A stretch of 63,952 nt of DNA, filler included, from Stramenopiles sp. TOSAG23-2 (taxonomy: Eukaryota), in NCBI GenBank assembly GCA_900128395.1. It is 23 parts of 23 records of this genome, joined end to end, with 100 filler letters (N's around TTAATTAATTAA, not from the genome) between each part and the next. Parts side by side here need not be neighbours in the genome. Positions count along the whole stretch, not along the records: positions 1 to 2,868 come from LT651489.1; positions 2,969 to 5,832 come from LT651490.1; positions 5,933 to 8,794 come from LT651491.1; positions 8,895 to 11,754 come from LT651492.1; positions 11,855 to 14,713 come from LT651493.1; 18 more parts are not named here. One strand, 5' to 3'. Under the pieces are notes generated by a model, which was given only the letters and a program-made list of their open reading frames with translations, searched no databases and was not told the DNA's origin. The position numbers and the translations under genes were made by a program. Shown here in pieces: positions 1 through 12,673 of this stretch (position 1 is its first letter; each line of letters starts with the position of its first letter).

Positions 1-354
1 TTACCACAAGGCTTGTATATAAACATCATAATTCTCAAATATAATAAAAAATTACGTATGATATGCATATCATCATATCATATAATGATGGTTAAAAGAT
101 GATGGTTAAAAATATATAAAAAATTTCTCTTACACATAATTTATATAAAGTTTTTTTTACTCCCGTAAGTTATATCCAAAATCATAAACGATTTAAAGGG
201 TCACTAATTAATATGTATTTATAGTATGCTTAATATTCTATAGATAAATCCGATAATAATTAGTAGGGTTAGGGTTAGTTATTAATAAGCAGGACTATGT
301 AAAAGTCGAGGTTGTTAGATCGTTAGATCTGCTGCAAAAAATCAAAAAATAGAA

Positions 355-445
355 CCGAGGAGAGCCAGAGAGGAGGGAGGAGGAGGAGGGAGGAGGGAGG
401 AGGGAGGAGGGAGGAGGGAGGCCAGGAGGAGGAGAGAGGAGGAGC
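355..445 (+). repeat. Polypurine (GGA/GGAG) tract
   Basis: About 90 nt almost entirely G/A upstream of the ORF at 784. Confidence 0.85.
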
Positions 446-783
446 AAATTGCAAATTCATTCATATAATAATATTATTATAATAATAATATTATAAATAA
501 ATAATAATAATATTAAATAATAATAATAGATAAAAGCAATAAACAAATTAATATCAATGAATTATTGAATAGTCGTCGGTTGTTGTTTTTGCTGGAGTCT
601 TATTTTCTATTTTCCTAGAGAGAATATTAATATAATACTAGTTATTTGGTATTGTCCAACCAACTTGGAGCATCTATCTATCGCCTATCGCACAAAGACA
701 ACATACTCAGCAGGTCTTTTACTTCTTCTCCCACTATATTCTGAAAGTTCAATTGCACTCTAAAACTAAGTTAAGATTACAAA

Positions 784-1101
784 ATGAGAGCTATCACTCC
801 CATTATTTTCTCGAGCATCCTCGCTTTAGCAATTGTACACAATTCTCTGGCAAGTAATAACGTTTACATGGACGCGGATACCAGCGTCTCAAAGAATCCA
901 TTTGGGCTGGCGCGTCGACCGAAGGTAAACGCAGGGGGGACCAGGTGTGACATGCATACCAATCAAGGCTCATGCCAAAGTGATGAGTGTGAGTGGAGCA
1001 ACGGCCATTGGGCCATATTCTTTTTAAAACTTTCATGTACACACAAACGTGATATTATAATATATCAATATTTACATTATTTAACCGTCTTATACATATG
1101 A
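784..1101 (+). CDS. Small putatively secreted Cys-containing protein; 3' end uncertain
   Basis: Signal-peptide-like N-terminus (MRAITPIIFSSILALAIVHNSLA), motif CDMHTNQGSCQSDECEW; tail becomes AT-rich and looks non-coding. Confidence 0.45.
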   Translation: MRAITPIIFSSILALAIVHNSLASNNVYMDADTSVSKNPFGLARRPKVNAGGTRCDMHTNQGSCQSDECEWSNGHWAIFFLKLSCTHKRDIIIYQYLHYLTVLYI

Positions 1102-1172
1102 TACTCGTACGTCGTACGAGTCGTAATATTTATATCAATAAAATTATATATTTTTGCTAAAGTCGGTGAAAT

Positions 1173-2868
1173 TTATAAACCACTTTTTTCACTTTCAAAA
1201 CTATCATCTAAATAATCATCGCCACTTTCTTTTTCACCACTACCATCACCTTGCTTGCCACCACCATTTTTACCACCAGCATCATCATTATTATTATTGG
1301 CAGTAGTAGTATTATGTGTAACTGCTACAAATACAACACGATGAATTGTACTTTTAAATTTCTCTAATACTTGTACAATGCTATCTAAATTTTGTGAAGA
1401 ATTTTCGTTATCAAATTGATGTGGTGCTTTTGGCTCACCTTTTCCCAATTCACTGCCTTCTAAAATATTTTCTTCCTTTGTCGCACTGTCACTACTACCT
1501 GCAGTTAATTTTTGCAACTCTTTCTCATCTTCTTGTTTCAATACAGCACTGGCAGGGGAATGTGGTTCACGTGGCGTTGTTGGCCATGATACACGTTCCC
1601 ATGGTGGTGCTTTAAATTCTGTACCTAAATCACAAAATGGTAAGGGAAGCATAGTTGGTTTTGTCGCATTTCCAAATCCTTTCGAATTTGATTCCATCGA
1701 TTTAATATTTGATTCCCAATCATCATCCTCAATAGCTTCATAACATGCATCACTTGGTGCGTATGGTGTACGGCAATCTAATGTATTATCTGTTTCACTT
1801 AATGATAATTCAATGATTCTACTAACCGTGCCGGTATTCACCGTTTTCACAGTTTGTGATAATAATTGCAATATTGATTTACAACTTCGTTTAATTTTAA
1901 TATCTGAATGAGAACCTAATTTTGTTGCAATATCATATACTCCTTCCTCTAATAATATATTTACATGATCTTGATCAAGAGCTAAATAATGCAAGGTGCA
2001 TAATGTCTCACGCTGCAATGGTAACGAACCAGCTTTTAAAAATTCAACCAATACACTTACATATTGATTAACATTAACAATAACTTCTCTACTATATTGT
2101 GAGACAGATAAATAACAAATAGTCTGGCCAACATAACGTTTCATATTGATATTATCAGTAGTCTTCATACAAATTTTCAATAAATCTAAGATACCATCAT
2201 CTACCAATCGATCTAACGTGGCATCGGAACATTTTCGTGATAAGTTTCTACATGCAATTGCACAATCCAAACGTATCGTACTAGTACTACTATTTCCACC
2301 ATTCATAGTTTCACCATCTTTCAATACTAACATCATTGTTTTGACAATGCCACCGTATACAATATCATCAAAATTTGCTTTTTCCGACCAACTCAAGGCG
2401 CGTATGATAGCCATTAACATATCTCCAGTCATTGGTTCACTTGTTTTGTTTAATTTTGTAATCATTGCTATTATTTGTGGATCGCAAAACTTCTCCGCTC
2501 CTTTAAATTCTGTGGTTATATTGTATAGCGAATGTAAACACAATTGATTTGTATGTGGTGATTCACTAACATTCAACAAATTTGTTAAAACGTCCATGAC
2601 TCCTAAATCTACTATTAACGCCCGTGTTGCTTTATCTTTGCTTAATGCATGTAATGCATCAGAGCAAAATTGACGAGCAGGTTCAAGACCACTATCTTTT
2701 GCTAAATTACTTAATAAATGCATTGCTTGCTTCACCGTTTTTAAACGTGTATCTGGATTATCACATAATAATGCTAAAATGGCACCACTATTACGTTTTA
2801 ACATGTAATCATCACCAGCAACCAGTTCGGATAAAACATCTAAGACACCTTCCTGTACCAAGCGCATC
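1173..2868 (-). CDS. Armadillo-repeat protein, 5' partial
   Basis: Repeated ARM-like helices (LVQEGVLDVLSEL, IVDLGVMDVLTNLL, LVDDGILDLL, LLEEGVYDI); runs to the contig edge. Confidence 0.8.
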
Positions 2869-2968
2869 NNNNNNNNNNNNNNNNNNNNNNNNNNNNNNNN
2901 NNNNNNNNNNNNTTAATTAATTAANNNNNNNNNNNNNNNNNNNNNNNNNNNNNNNNNNNNNNNNNNNN
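2869..2968. other. Artificial contig linker (44 N + TTAATTAATTAA + 44 N); first of 22 identical linkers
   Basis: Identical 100-bp spacer about every 2.95 kb; TTAATTAATTAA gives stops in all six frames; contig lengths fall monotonically over the first 21 contigs. Confidence 0.99.
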
Positions 2969-3129
2969 ACAAATGCATTCAACATACATATATATGTATT
3001 TATATACCATAAAATGTTGAACACGTCATTTACATATGTAGGAAAGGATTTTCTCTCTGTCCCAATAGGATTAATATCTTCGTCGTCGTCCAAACTAAAA
3101 CCACAGCACAAACTAAAACCTGGCCCGCT

Positions 3130-3175
3130 GGCAAACCAGCAAACCAGCAAACCAGCAAACCAGCAAACCACAGCA
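3130..3175 (+). repeat. (CCAGCAAA)n short tandem repeat
   Basis: About 5 copies of an 8-mer. Confidence 0.9.
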
Positions 3176-3607
3176 TCAATCTTCTCTGCTGTGTCGTCCT
3201 AAAAAAACTAACCCTTTTAATATACATAGCAGGCGAATATAGGTTAGATATTATAATATAAATAGCAGGGTGTCTCTCTTGTTGGTCATTAATCACACAC
3301 ACGATAAATGGGATCGTAGGCAATGCTGTGTCCATTGTAAATATATGCTAGCATAGTACTACGCCTAAAACCAATAGCATAGACACAGGACGATCCATTA
3401 ACGGGAAACGCGTAAAAACAAAAAAACACTGGAAGAGCAAAAAAGGGGAGGGGAAAACGAGGAACACGAGGAAGAATGATTTTTAAAAATGCAGATAGAT
3501 AAATAGAGTAGATACATAAATAAAAAGAGAGAGATTTGTATATCACAAAAACATTACACAAAATATTCATTCGAAACAAGAAAATTTTATATATAGATTA
3601 TATCACA

Positions 3608-4015
3608 ATGAAAATTTCGCTATTATTAATTGTCGCTATGTGCCTTGTTGCGTTTGCCTACGCAGCCAAACCAAAGTTTGACTTTAACAAAGAAAACGGA
3701 TGTACTGCTGAAAGGCATGGCTGGGCTCATGATGCACACGAAGAAGTGTGCGAAAAAACTTGTACAAGGTTTAACAAAAAATGCATTTGCTTCTGGGATG
3801 AAAAAAAAGAAGTAGGAAAATGCTATAAATCAAAGAAATTCAGAAAATTAAATGCGGCACTCGAAAATGCAAAAAAAGAAGCAGAGTATGCTGATTCTGA
3901 TGAGGGGAAAGCTGAAGCAAAAGCAAAAAAAGAAGCAGATGAGAAATGGTATGAACAAGATATTAAAGGAGACAAAAGACGCAAGAAAGAATTGTATGAT
4001 GCAATGCATAATTAA
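3608..4015 (+). CDS. Small secreted protein, 6-Cys domain plus charged helical tail
   Basis: ATG at 3608; signal peptide MKISLLLIVAMCLVAFAYA; six Cys in the mature part; K/E-rich C-terminus. Confidence 0.75.
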   Translation: MKISLLLIVAMCLVAFAYAAKPKFDFNKENGCTAERHGWAHDAHEEVCEKTCTRFNKKCICFWDEKKEVGKCYKSKKFRKLNAALENAKKEAEYADSDEGKAEAKAKKEADEKWYEQDIKGDKRRKKELYDAMHN

Positions 4016-5319
4016 TTTGTGCGAAAGGGTATGCTGATTCTGACGAGGGTAAAGCTAGAACAACAAAGATTTGTTTTACCATCTGAACAAAATATTTCGA
4101 AAAAAGATATCAAGTTTGATGAAAACTTTACTACTGTGTCTCCACGCAGTTACATTTGGGCGGCAAAATATGCTGCGAAAATATTTATTGTACTTTAAAC
4201 AATATGACCAGAAATGGTGTGAAAGATAGATATTAAAAACTAGAAAAAATGAAAAATGGAAAAAGAAAAAGAAAAACTTATCGTAACAAAATGAAGATTT
4301 TATTTTTTGATTTATTACCACAACTCGTGCGAAAATCAAAAATTTCTAAATCGTGACCATAAAAATTATTTTATTATATATTTATTAAAAAATTATATAA
4401 AATTATTTTTGTGGACCATAATGTAACCATAAATTAAAATTAAATTTTTTGTTGAAATTGAAAAAATGCTATTATCGTACGTAACACCTCCACAACTATT
4501 TGCTAAAGTAGTGTTCTAAAAGATATTTGAAAGAACGTAGAGATACTGTCTCATACCATTTAATTGCCTTCAGTTTTACATTTTTAATTCTTTTGGAGAG
4601 TATGTGGTGTATTATTATGAGAGAGTATGGTATCATATATAATATATATATATACATATGATATTACGAACTTCGTAGAAAATAAATTTCAGACGCAAAT
4701 CCAGTAAAAAATGCCGAAGTAATTTGAATTCTTACACGCTAGTTTAACATGGCGGGTGGATCGCAATACGATATAAGATGGGGGAAAGTAAAATAAAGAC
4801 GAATGCCAAAAAATGTTTCTGCTGCCAGCGTTTTACATTTAGCACATTGCAAACTACTACTTCTATTGATATGTATAATATAATATCTTCTCTGAAAAAG
4901 TGTTGTATCATGTATTAATTAGTATAGTAGTTGCTATACTCTGGTACTCCTGAAAAAATGAAACAAAATCAAAAAAAATCTAACCCTAATTCTAACTATT
5001 TACCGTATATTGGAAGTATAAACCTGTTTTTTTCCTATCAAAACCGGTTACATTTTGATAGGATATATGTACAGTAGTGTTAAAATATTAAGTACACATA
5101 CTCACAAATATATCATTCCTTTTAAACAAAGTCAAATTTAAAATAGAAACAACCACCGATATCATTTATATTTATATCCATATGAACAACGCCTGCTCAA
5201 ATCTCTATTCTTCGATGTATATTTGGTTTGACTTCCTATCAGAAGAATGCAATTTAGTATCCATTGAACTCCCAACAATCATTTATTATTATAACTTATA
5301 ATTTATAACTACCTATATA

Positions 5320-5832
5320 TCACATTTCTTGTCCAACTCTTATAGCTAATTCGTACATACGTCGAGAATACCCAAATTCATTATCATACCATATATAAAG
5401 CTTAATTTGAGTATTATTAATGCAACGAGTAGATAAAGAATCAACAATTCCTGACCGCATGTCATTGGTAAAATCAGATGAAACTAATGGTCGCTCCTCG
5501 TAACCTAAAATGCCATATAATTTATTTGAAACATCTTTGTTTTCTGCAACTTTCTTCAACAAACCATGCTATTCCATCTAGTAATCCAGTTAATTCAGGA
5601 AAAATTTGTGTAATTGCCTTTGCAGATCCGGTTGATGTTGGGACTAAATTTGTTAAGCAACTACGTGTCCGTCGTACTTCTTTTTTACCCGGCCATGCCG
5701 TATCAAGTGGAGTTTGTGTATTTGTTAAATCATGAAGTGTAGTAAATGATCCATGTTTGATACCTATATTTTCATGAAGTACTTTTACAAATGGTGCAAT
5801 ACAATTTGTAGTGCATGAAGCTGCTGTTACCA
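5320..5832 (-). pseudogene. ArsJ-associated/Gap3-type glyceraldehyde-3-phosphate dehydrogenase, C-terminal part, with frameshifting internal deletion
   Basis: Hand translation [60 protein letters not shown], then in another frame GILGYEERPLVS..WYDNEFGY; VRVP segment missing at about 5566. Confidence 0.85.
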
Positions 5833-6566
5833 NNNNNNNNNNNNNNNNNNNNNNNNNNNNNNNNNNNNNNNNNNNNTTAATTAATTAANNNNNNNNNNNN
5901 NNNNNNNNNNNNNNNNNNNNNNNNNNNNNNNNATTAAAAATATCCGCAACTGGTTCATTAGCACTCACACAGTATGGAGCTTTTTTCAATTCGGACCGAT
6001 ACATCTAAAAAAAGACTTGTATCTATGGATACAACAGCAAAATAGTATTACAACCAATTACCCGAATCGGTGAAAAAGAATCCGCCTTCGATAAGATTAT
6101 TCCGCTGCCCAAGTAAGCTTTTTCCTAGAGTCAAGACACCCGCAGCCTATGTACGCGTGCGATGCTAACCACCTGCTAGGTTTTCTAATTTTTAAAAGGA
6201 TTTTTTAGCAGGGGCGTATCATTAGACGAGCAAAGAGTCTCAGCACGCATCAACATTTTTATCTAGATCATCATCTTTTTTATATTATTTTTACTTTTTA
6301 TAATAACATTACACAGCATATAGTTTTTCAGCACATTTGTGGGTAAAAATGAATTTCAGCACTACGCATCAACATATATATATATTGACTAGTTTAAATA
6401 TTTAAATATAATTCCACACCAGTAATATAGATATCTGCATATACGAACATTGGAAAAAATAATAATATATATATATATATACATACATAGCCATCGCTGC
6501 TCTGAGACCTGCCCTGAGACTGGAGCGTAATTGACAACCAACCATCATACACACAGGATATAAATT

Positions 6567-7499
6567 ATGAAAATAACTCTTTACTCAGTCACCACGCTGA
6601 TGTTGATTTGCACCGTCGCAGAACAAGGCCATTCTTTTGGTCCAGCTGGTCCTTTACGTGGCGGTCCGAAAGTTCCGGATTACATTAGTAAAATGCCAAG
6701 TTTAAAACACTGCAACGAAATACCTAATAATGTTGGTGATTTTAGTGTGTCTCGAGTACAGTGTGGGTGCAACGACAATGAAGAGAAGAGGGGGGTAATG
6801 CTTGGCCAAACAAGAGCTGGTTTCAAAGAGTTTGCACAAGAGAATCCGAAATGGAATTCAAGAGAAGTGCTTGAAAATCCGACAAAGCCGTGGATTGTAA
6901 CAAAATTTTCTGCATACTGCAGTATGGCAGATGAAATACAAATATATAAAGGTGAACAAATATGCGCGTGTCCTCATGTCATAACGCCAATGTGTAAACC
7001 TGGTGAAATACCGAAACACTGCTCATGTTGTGGTTGCACGTGTAAAATGCCACCTTTACCACCGAGAGCAGATACATTGTACGATGAAGGCCATGCGTTT
7101 GATGAACAAAATGACGGCGCTAGGGGCGCGGATACAGTATCCCTTCACGACGGCAATGTCAACGTTCCTTTACACCTTGCTGCGGCTGTTCTCAGGATGA
7201 ATATGAAAGTTGGGACCACTGTCACTGGAATACCACTGAGTAAGTTTGATCGCTTCATGAAGTTCGCGTTTCACGTGGACCGCTCCCATACTTTTCATGT
7301 CGGTTTCGATGCAAAGTCGGGAACCCACGTTGGCTTGGGAGTAGCAACGGTTCGTGACTGGTGTAACGATAAATTCCAGATCGTTGTAGTTGCCAAGCGG
7401 TCATCAAATTTGCAGAAATTGGTGGCTGCTCTCAAGAAGGACCTGATATCCAAGATGAATCCATCAAAGCGGTGTTCAAGGCGTCTCCGGGGCTATTGA
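6567..7499 (+). CDS. Secreted Cys-rich protein of unknown function ending in RRLRGY
   Basis: Signal peptide; Cys clusters (CGC, CAC, CSCCGCTC); intronless 310-aa ORF. Confidence 0.75.
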   Translation: MKITLYSVTTLMLICTVAEQGHSFGPAGPLRGGPKVPDYISKMPSLKHCNEIPNNVGDFSVSRVQCGCNDNEEKRGVMLGQTRAGFKEFAQENPKWNSREVLENPTKPWIVTKFSAYCSMADEIQIYKGEQICACPHVITPMCKPGEIPKHCSCCGCTCKMPPLPPRADTLYDEGHAFDEQNDGARGADTVSLHDGNVNVPLHLAAAVLRMNMKVGTTVTGIPLSKFDRFMKFAFHVDRSHTFHVGFDAKSGTHVGLGVATVRDWCNDKFQIVVVAKRSSNLQKLVAALKKDLISKMNPSKRCSRRLRGY

Positions 7500-8894
7500 T
7501 GTCGGTTTCGATGCAGAGTCGGGAACGCACGTCTACGTAATATACAACTTCGTAATTAAGTTAATAATCGTAATGCTACGATACGACTAAGTGAAGAATT
7601 CATAAAATATATGATTCAATAGATTGCAAAATTGCCGTGTACCCAATTAGATATAGGCACTTCAAGACAAATAAAATCCATAATGCACGAGATGATTAAC
7701 AGGTGGTTTTTTGTTAAGCGAGGTGGCAACTAGGCTGGTGGATCACCTCAGTAACATGATTGTATTATAGTGTATTCATGCAATCATAGTGAGAGGACAG
7801 AAGAGGTGATATGTTTTTTTATCCACCTTATCCACCTCCGTTAGCTCCACCTCGTTCGGGTCGGCTGGTTTATCCAGCACGTCCATGACAATAATTGGCT
7901 AATAATAGTTGGTGAGTGTTTTTGGGCTGCTGGATGATTTTCTTATACGGTTGGAAAAATGTCACGGTACGTCTAGCGATTGGGTTGAATATATTGTAGA
8001 TTATTATTGATAAATTAAAAATATTTATTAGATTAACAAAAATAATATAAGCACCATATAACGTAAATGTGCACATGTTATTATTCTATCGAAATATTCT
8101 TAGCGAATCCGGACAACTTAAATAGGAAACGAAATGTTCCAATATAAGTACCAAAAACATTATTCTTGCAGAATATTCTTAGCGAATTCTGTACCTTATT
8201 TTCTAGAATAAAATTCCAAATCTCATTTTTCTCAAAAGTATACGAAATGATAACATGTAAGTACGATTATTCAACCGTGTGATAGGCTCCCTTCAGGCTT
8301 TTAGGAGTTTAAGGAGTTTGGTGGAAAACAAGGACGATGAAAATAAAATATGTCATAGCATACAAATAGGCTTACGATGTTGACTTTATTTTTGGTATTA
8401 CCAAGAGAGCCCTAAAAGGAAATACGCTATTAGGGTTGGGGACACAGTACAGCAGTACAGTATATTTCATGTTCTTAATAGGGTTGAAATATTGTACTAA
8501 CACTACACAGCACTAGTCGTACAACACAGCACTATTATTCACACACTTAATAATATTGAATTTTGAGTGCATGACATACTGATGACGTGATGACAGTTAT
8601 TATTCTTCTTTTATATTAGTTATAAAAACCATAATTAGATGAGGGAAGACAGTAGAAATATAGAACGAGAGAGAGAGAGAGACAGAACAAATAGAACAAG
8701 AACATATATAATACCACCACAACAACAAATATGGCATCGTTTGCAAACAACAACACCACGGCCTCTTCCACCTCCTCTGCCAACAATGGTTCAANNNNNN
8801 NNNNNNNNNNNNNNNNNNNNNNNNNNNNNNNNNNNNNNTTAATTAATTAANNNNNNNNNNNNNNNNNNNNNNNNNNNNNNNNNNNNNNNNNNNN

Positions 8895-9595
8895 TTTCTT
8901 TTCTTCACATTATTATCATCATCACTAAAACTTCTTGGTGAGGATTTCGATAATGATGAGGAGGAAGATAAATCGAATGTACCAATGATGAGATTATTAT
9001 CAACATGCTTTTTATTACTAATAGTGCCAACATTGTTGTTGTTGTTCTTCCTATTATTTAACAAGATATTTTCAAAATTTAAAAATGAATACGACAATTG
9101 TATCAAATTCTTTAATAATAATTCATTGCATTTTTTCAATAATTTACTGAAACCTTTAATTTTTTTCCCAGACGTTATGGCATAATTTTCTTCTTGTAAT
9201 TTTTTGGTAAAGGCTTTACCGATATTTTCACAATATTCTAAACCATCAATTGCAGCTATATTCATCGACAGTACAGCCGTTATTAAAACGTTTTCGTAAA
9301 TTTTGAAACAAATGATTTTGCCACTTTGATAAAAATGCTTTAATGTCATTGGTTTATTTAGGCACAATTCATTTGCATAGGTTTGTATCGCATAGAACAA
9401 CGCCGCAAAACTCATTGGATGCGGGGCATTTCGTTGATCGTCATTGATCGTATCGGCGTGAAAATTTTGATACATTTTGCTATACAATAAACTGCCTCCT
9501 GGAAATGTCGATATGAACACTGAATATATTAACGGGCGTTTTTGGTTCATATCAGCAGTCCCATTTGCATCATTATTATCATTTCCAACGTGCAT
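8895..9595 (-). CDS. Longin-like domain protein, 3' partial
   Basis: IYSVFIST.PGGSLLYSK..SFAALFYAIQTYA pattern resembles the longin beta-beta-alpha fold. Confidence 0.5.
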
Positions 9596-10523
9596 GAGGG
9601 CAACTACAGCGCGATTTTAGTGAAATAATAATTGTTCTGATGTGTGTTTACCAGGTGTTATTTACTGGTTTAACGTACTACATGCGACACCGACTCTACG
9701 ATCCGACGATCAATGTGATGTGTTATTGATGTATGATGTATGTTAATGTGCTCTGTAATAGTGTACTGTAGTATGGCTAGAACTAGTGCTAGATACTATA
9801 TTTTTTTTTTTTTTTTTTATTTTTTTTACTTGGTACTACTTTTTTCGCTTAAATATATATAATGCTATTAACATGCTAAATGCTCTTTTTTCGTGCGTAA
9901 ATATATTAGCAACGCAATACAAGTATAAATACAAGATATACATAATATACAAAAGATAGATATATCGATTTTTTTTTTTTTTTTTATTTATTTTTTTTAC
10001 TTGGTACTACTTACCGGTGGTGGTAGACTAAAGTTCCTATTTGGTCTACTTTTCAATGCTGTGTTTTGAAACAAATAAAAATCACATACACATAGTATAT
10101 TATACTTATTAGTATATAGAACTATATAGGCAGTTTACCAGGTAGTTGTTAGGAAAAGTTAGGAAAAAGTTTAGCATAATTATTTTATAGGCACACCAGG
10201 CACACCAGGCACACATAATACAGTAGTCTACTGTACACACAGAAGAAGCAGCGGCGCGATATTATATTCTTAATCCATCATTACTGAAATTATTACTAAA
10301 TATAAATATTTTAATTTTTATTTGAAATAATAAAAATGTGAAAACCTGGCCGGGCTGGCAAATTAAAATAATAAATAATTAGTTCACAACAACAAGACGA
10401 GCAGACCTTTTATATATATTCAGGGAAGACAAATTTGCATTTCATCTACCCGGCGCCCCATTTTCCATTCTTTCTTTTTTTTTGTGGAGTATTAACTTTT
10501 GATTATCGTTGCATTTTGTTGTG

Positions 10524-11036
10524 ATGAGTGTAGTCTTTGCTGGGGAAGATTCCGAGGAAGATTCTGAGGGGGTTGGTCAAGAAGAAATGGAAATATTGAC
10601 TCAATTGAATAATGATGATAATAAATTAGTAGGAAAGGATCAAGATGTGAGCAATGAGAAAAACGGCGAAAACGTGAAATCTGCTTTAGATATTTTACAT
10701 CCGCTCGATGTAATGAATAAAACGTTCTTAGACAATGTGATGCCAAAATTAGATATTGCAGATCAAAAATTAAAAGAATTAAGTGTAAACCAAATTGAAC
10801 TATCAAAAGAAATGGAAATGCAAAAACAAAAATTGCACTATGCACCTGCCCTTCATAAAACCCATAAAATTATGAGACAGGTTCCTCAATACCAAGAGAA
10901 AATCGATACGTTACGAAAAGATATGAAAGCAATAACTGCATTAGTAGAAAAGATGAAATCACAATCATTGGCATTGCAATTGCGTGTGCAAGAAGCTGTA
11001 TTGAAGCATCAAGAAAAAAAAACTAATTGGAAATAA
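10524..11036 (+). CDS. BLOC-1 subunit, pallidin/Snapin family
   Basis: Acidic N-terminus then coiled coil PKLDIADQKLKELSVNQIEL..YQEKIDTLRKDM..KMKSQSLALQ, resembling BLOC1S6. Confidence 0.7.
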   Translation: MSVVFAGEDSEEDSEGVGQEEMEILTQLNNDDNKLVGKDQDVSNEKNGENVKSALDILHPLDVMNKTFLDNVMPKLDIADQKLKELSVNQIELSKEMEMQKQKLHYAPALHKTHKIMRQVPQYQEKIDTLRKDMKAITALVEKMKSQSLALQLRVQEAVLKHQEKKTNWK

Positions 11037-11854
11037 CAATCAGTAAAATACATTATCAATTAACAACATTTAAATGATGATAATTATATGGTTATCAGTA
11101 TGGAAGACTGGCGATACATCGTACTGATATAAACACAAAAAAAATATTTGTCATATAATGCCCATTTTTCATCAACAAAAGGTTGATAACATCTATTTGC
11201 CTCATTGGTAATTCCTTAGATCTTTGCAAACTTGGTTTTAATATGCATAGTACTGTAATATATTATATAATTGGTTTAAAATCTAAGTTATACGTTTAAT
11301 AGATCATGTAATGTTATGACATTGTGTCTTATAGTATCCCAGGCTCTTTGCTCATAGATTTTGTTTTTTAAGTAGTTGGGTTAGCAGCTTGTGTAGATGC
11401 CATTATTTTCAAATGGCTAACACTGTGTATATCTTAATTTATATTAATAATGATGATGGTTAAAATCTTCGTAATATATATAAAGGATGGTAATATATAC
11501 GTACGAATTTATATGATATAAATATCTTTTAATTTATTATTGGTTGGAATCATTTTGAATTACGTTTCCTTTTTTTTCGCTGATAAGAAGGCAAACAATG
11601 ACTTCAATTTGCTTTATATTTTTTTATATATAATATATATAATATATAATATATATATATATATATATAAAATGAGTAAGAGAACATTTTATATAAAATT
11701 CTTTTTTTCGATTACCACCAGGCCGGGCAGGTATAGGCGAGGACATCTGGACATNNNNNNNNNNNNNNNNNNNNNNNNNNNNNNNNNNNNNNNNNNNNTT
11801 AATTAATTAANNNNNNNNNNNNNNNNNNNNNNNNNNNNNNNNNNNNNNNNNNNN

Positions 11855-12265
11855 GATGACAAATACGATGGTGATAATAATTATAATTATTACAATAAAG
11901 ATGCTATTAATGTTCCACCAAGTGAATTTAATCGATTAGTATTAGTTTATAATGTTGCAAATAATGTGACTACATTTGAATTACGTAAAATATTTAGTAA
12001 CATTGGACCAATTGAAAAGATTTTTGTTCCTACTGCATCCTCAAATGATTATAATGATACGAACCGTGCAGAAATTTTATATCAAACAAGTAAACATGCA
12101 AAAATAGCAGTGAAAGTGTTGAATAATTTAACATTATGTGATAATGAATTGAAATTAACATTAGCAAATTCGGATGTGAAAATTAACGTTAGTAATCATA
12201 ATAGGAAGAAAAATGATGGTAATGTGACTCGTGATGATATTGATATGTTGTTACAAATACCATAA
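11855..12265 (+). CDS. RRM-domain protein, 5' partial
   Basis: Frame open from the contig start; VLVYNVANNVTTFELRKIFSNIGPIEKI..AEILY..AKIAVKVLNN is an RRM pattern. Confidence 0.75.
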   Translation, partial: DDKYDGDNNYNYYNKDAINVPPSEFNRLVLVYNVANNVTTFELRKIFSNIGPIEKIFVPTASSNDYNDTNRAEILYQTSKHAKIAVKVLNNLTLCDNELKLTLANSDVKINVSNHNRKKNDGNVTRDDIDMLLQIP

Positions 12266-12673
12266 TATATATATATATATATATGTTATCATTTAATGAT
12301 GTCGAATATGGAGAGAGAGAGAGAGAGAGGTAGAGAGAAGAGAAGAGGGGCTGGATCACTTGTGTGTACATGAGAGATATTAAAAATGGGAGTTGGAAGT
12401 TTTTTGGATATATATGTTATATGAATTTTGATGTGTGTGGTCAAGACGGTCAAACCCGTCAAGGACAAGAAGAGGAGAGCGAGACGCGGAGACGAGAGCG
12501 CGTTGTGTGAGAGAGATGCCGAACACATCAAATTTCATATATTTTAATATACGACGTACGACCGTATTTAAAATTTAAAAGATATTTTTGGAAATGAAAT
12601 TTATTTTTATAACACTTTTTTTTTTAGATTTTTAAGAGATTTTAAGATTTTTTAAATTTTAAAACCCAATCAA

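Noticed and set aside
1103..1121. Short palindrome ACTCGTACG-T-CGTACGAGT as a terminator
   Set aside because: Single 9-bp stem with a 1-nt loop and no U-tract; not enough to assign a function in a eukaryote.
2869..2968. Periodic TTAATTAATTAA palindrome as a biological repeat
   Set aside because: Always centred in a fixed N-run; synthetic six-frame stop linker.
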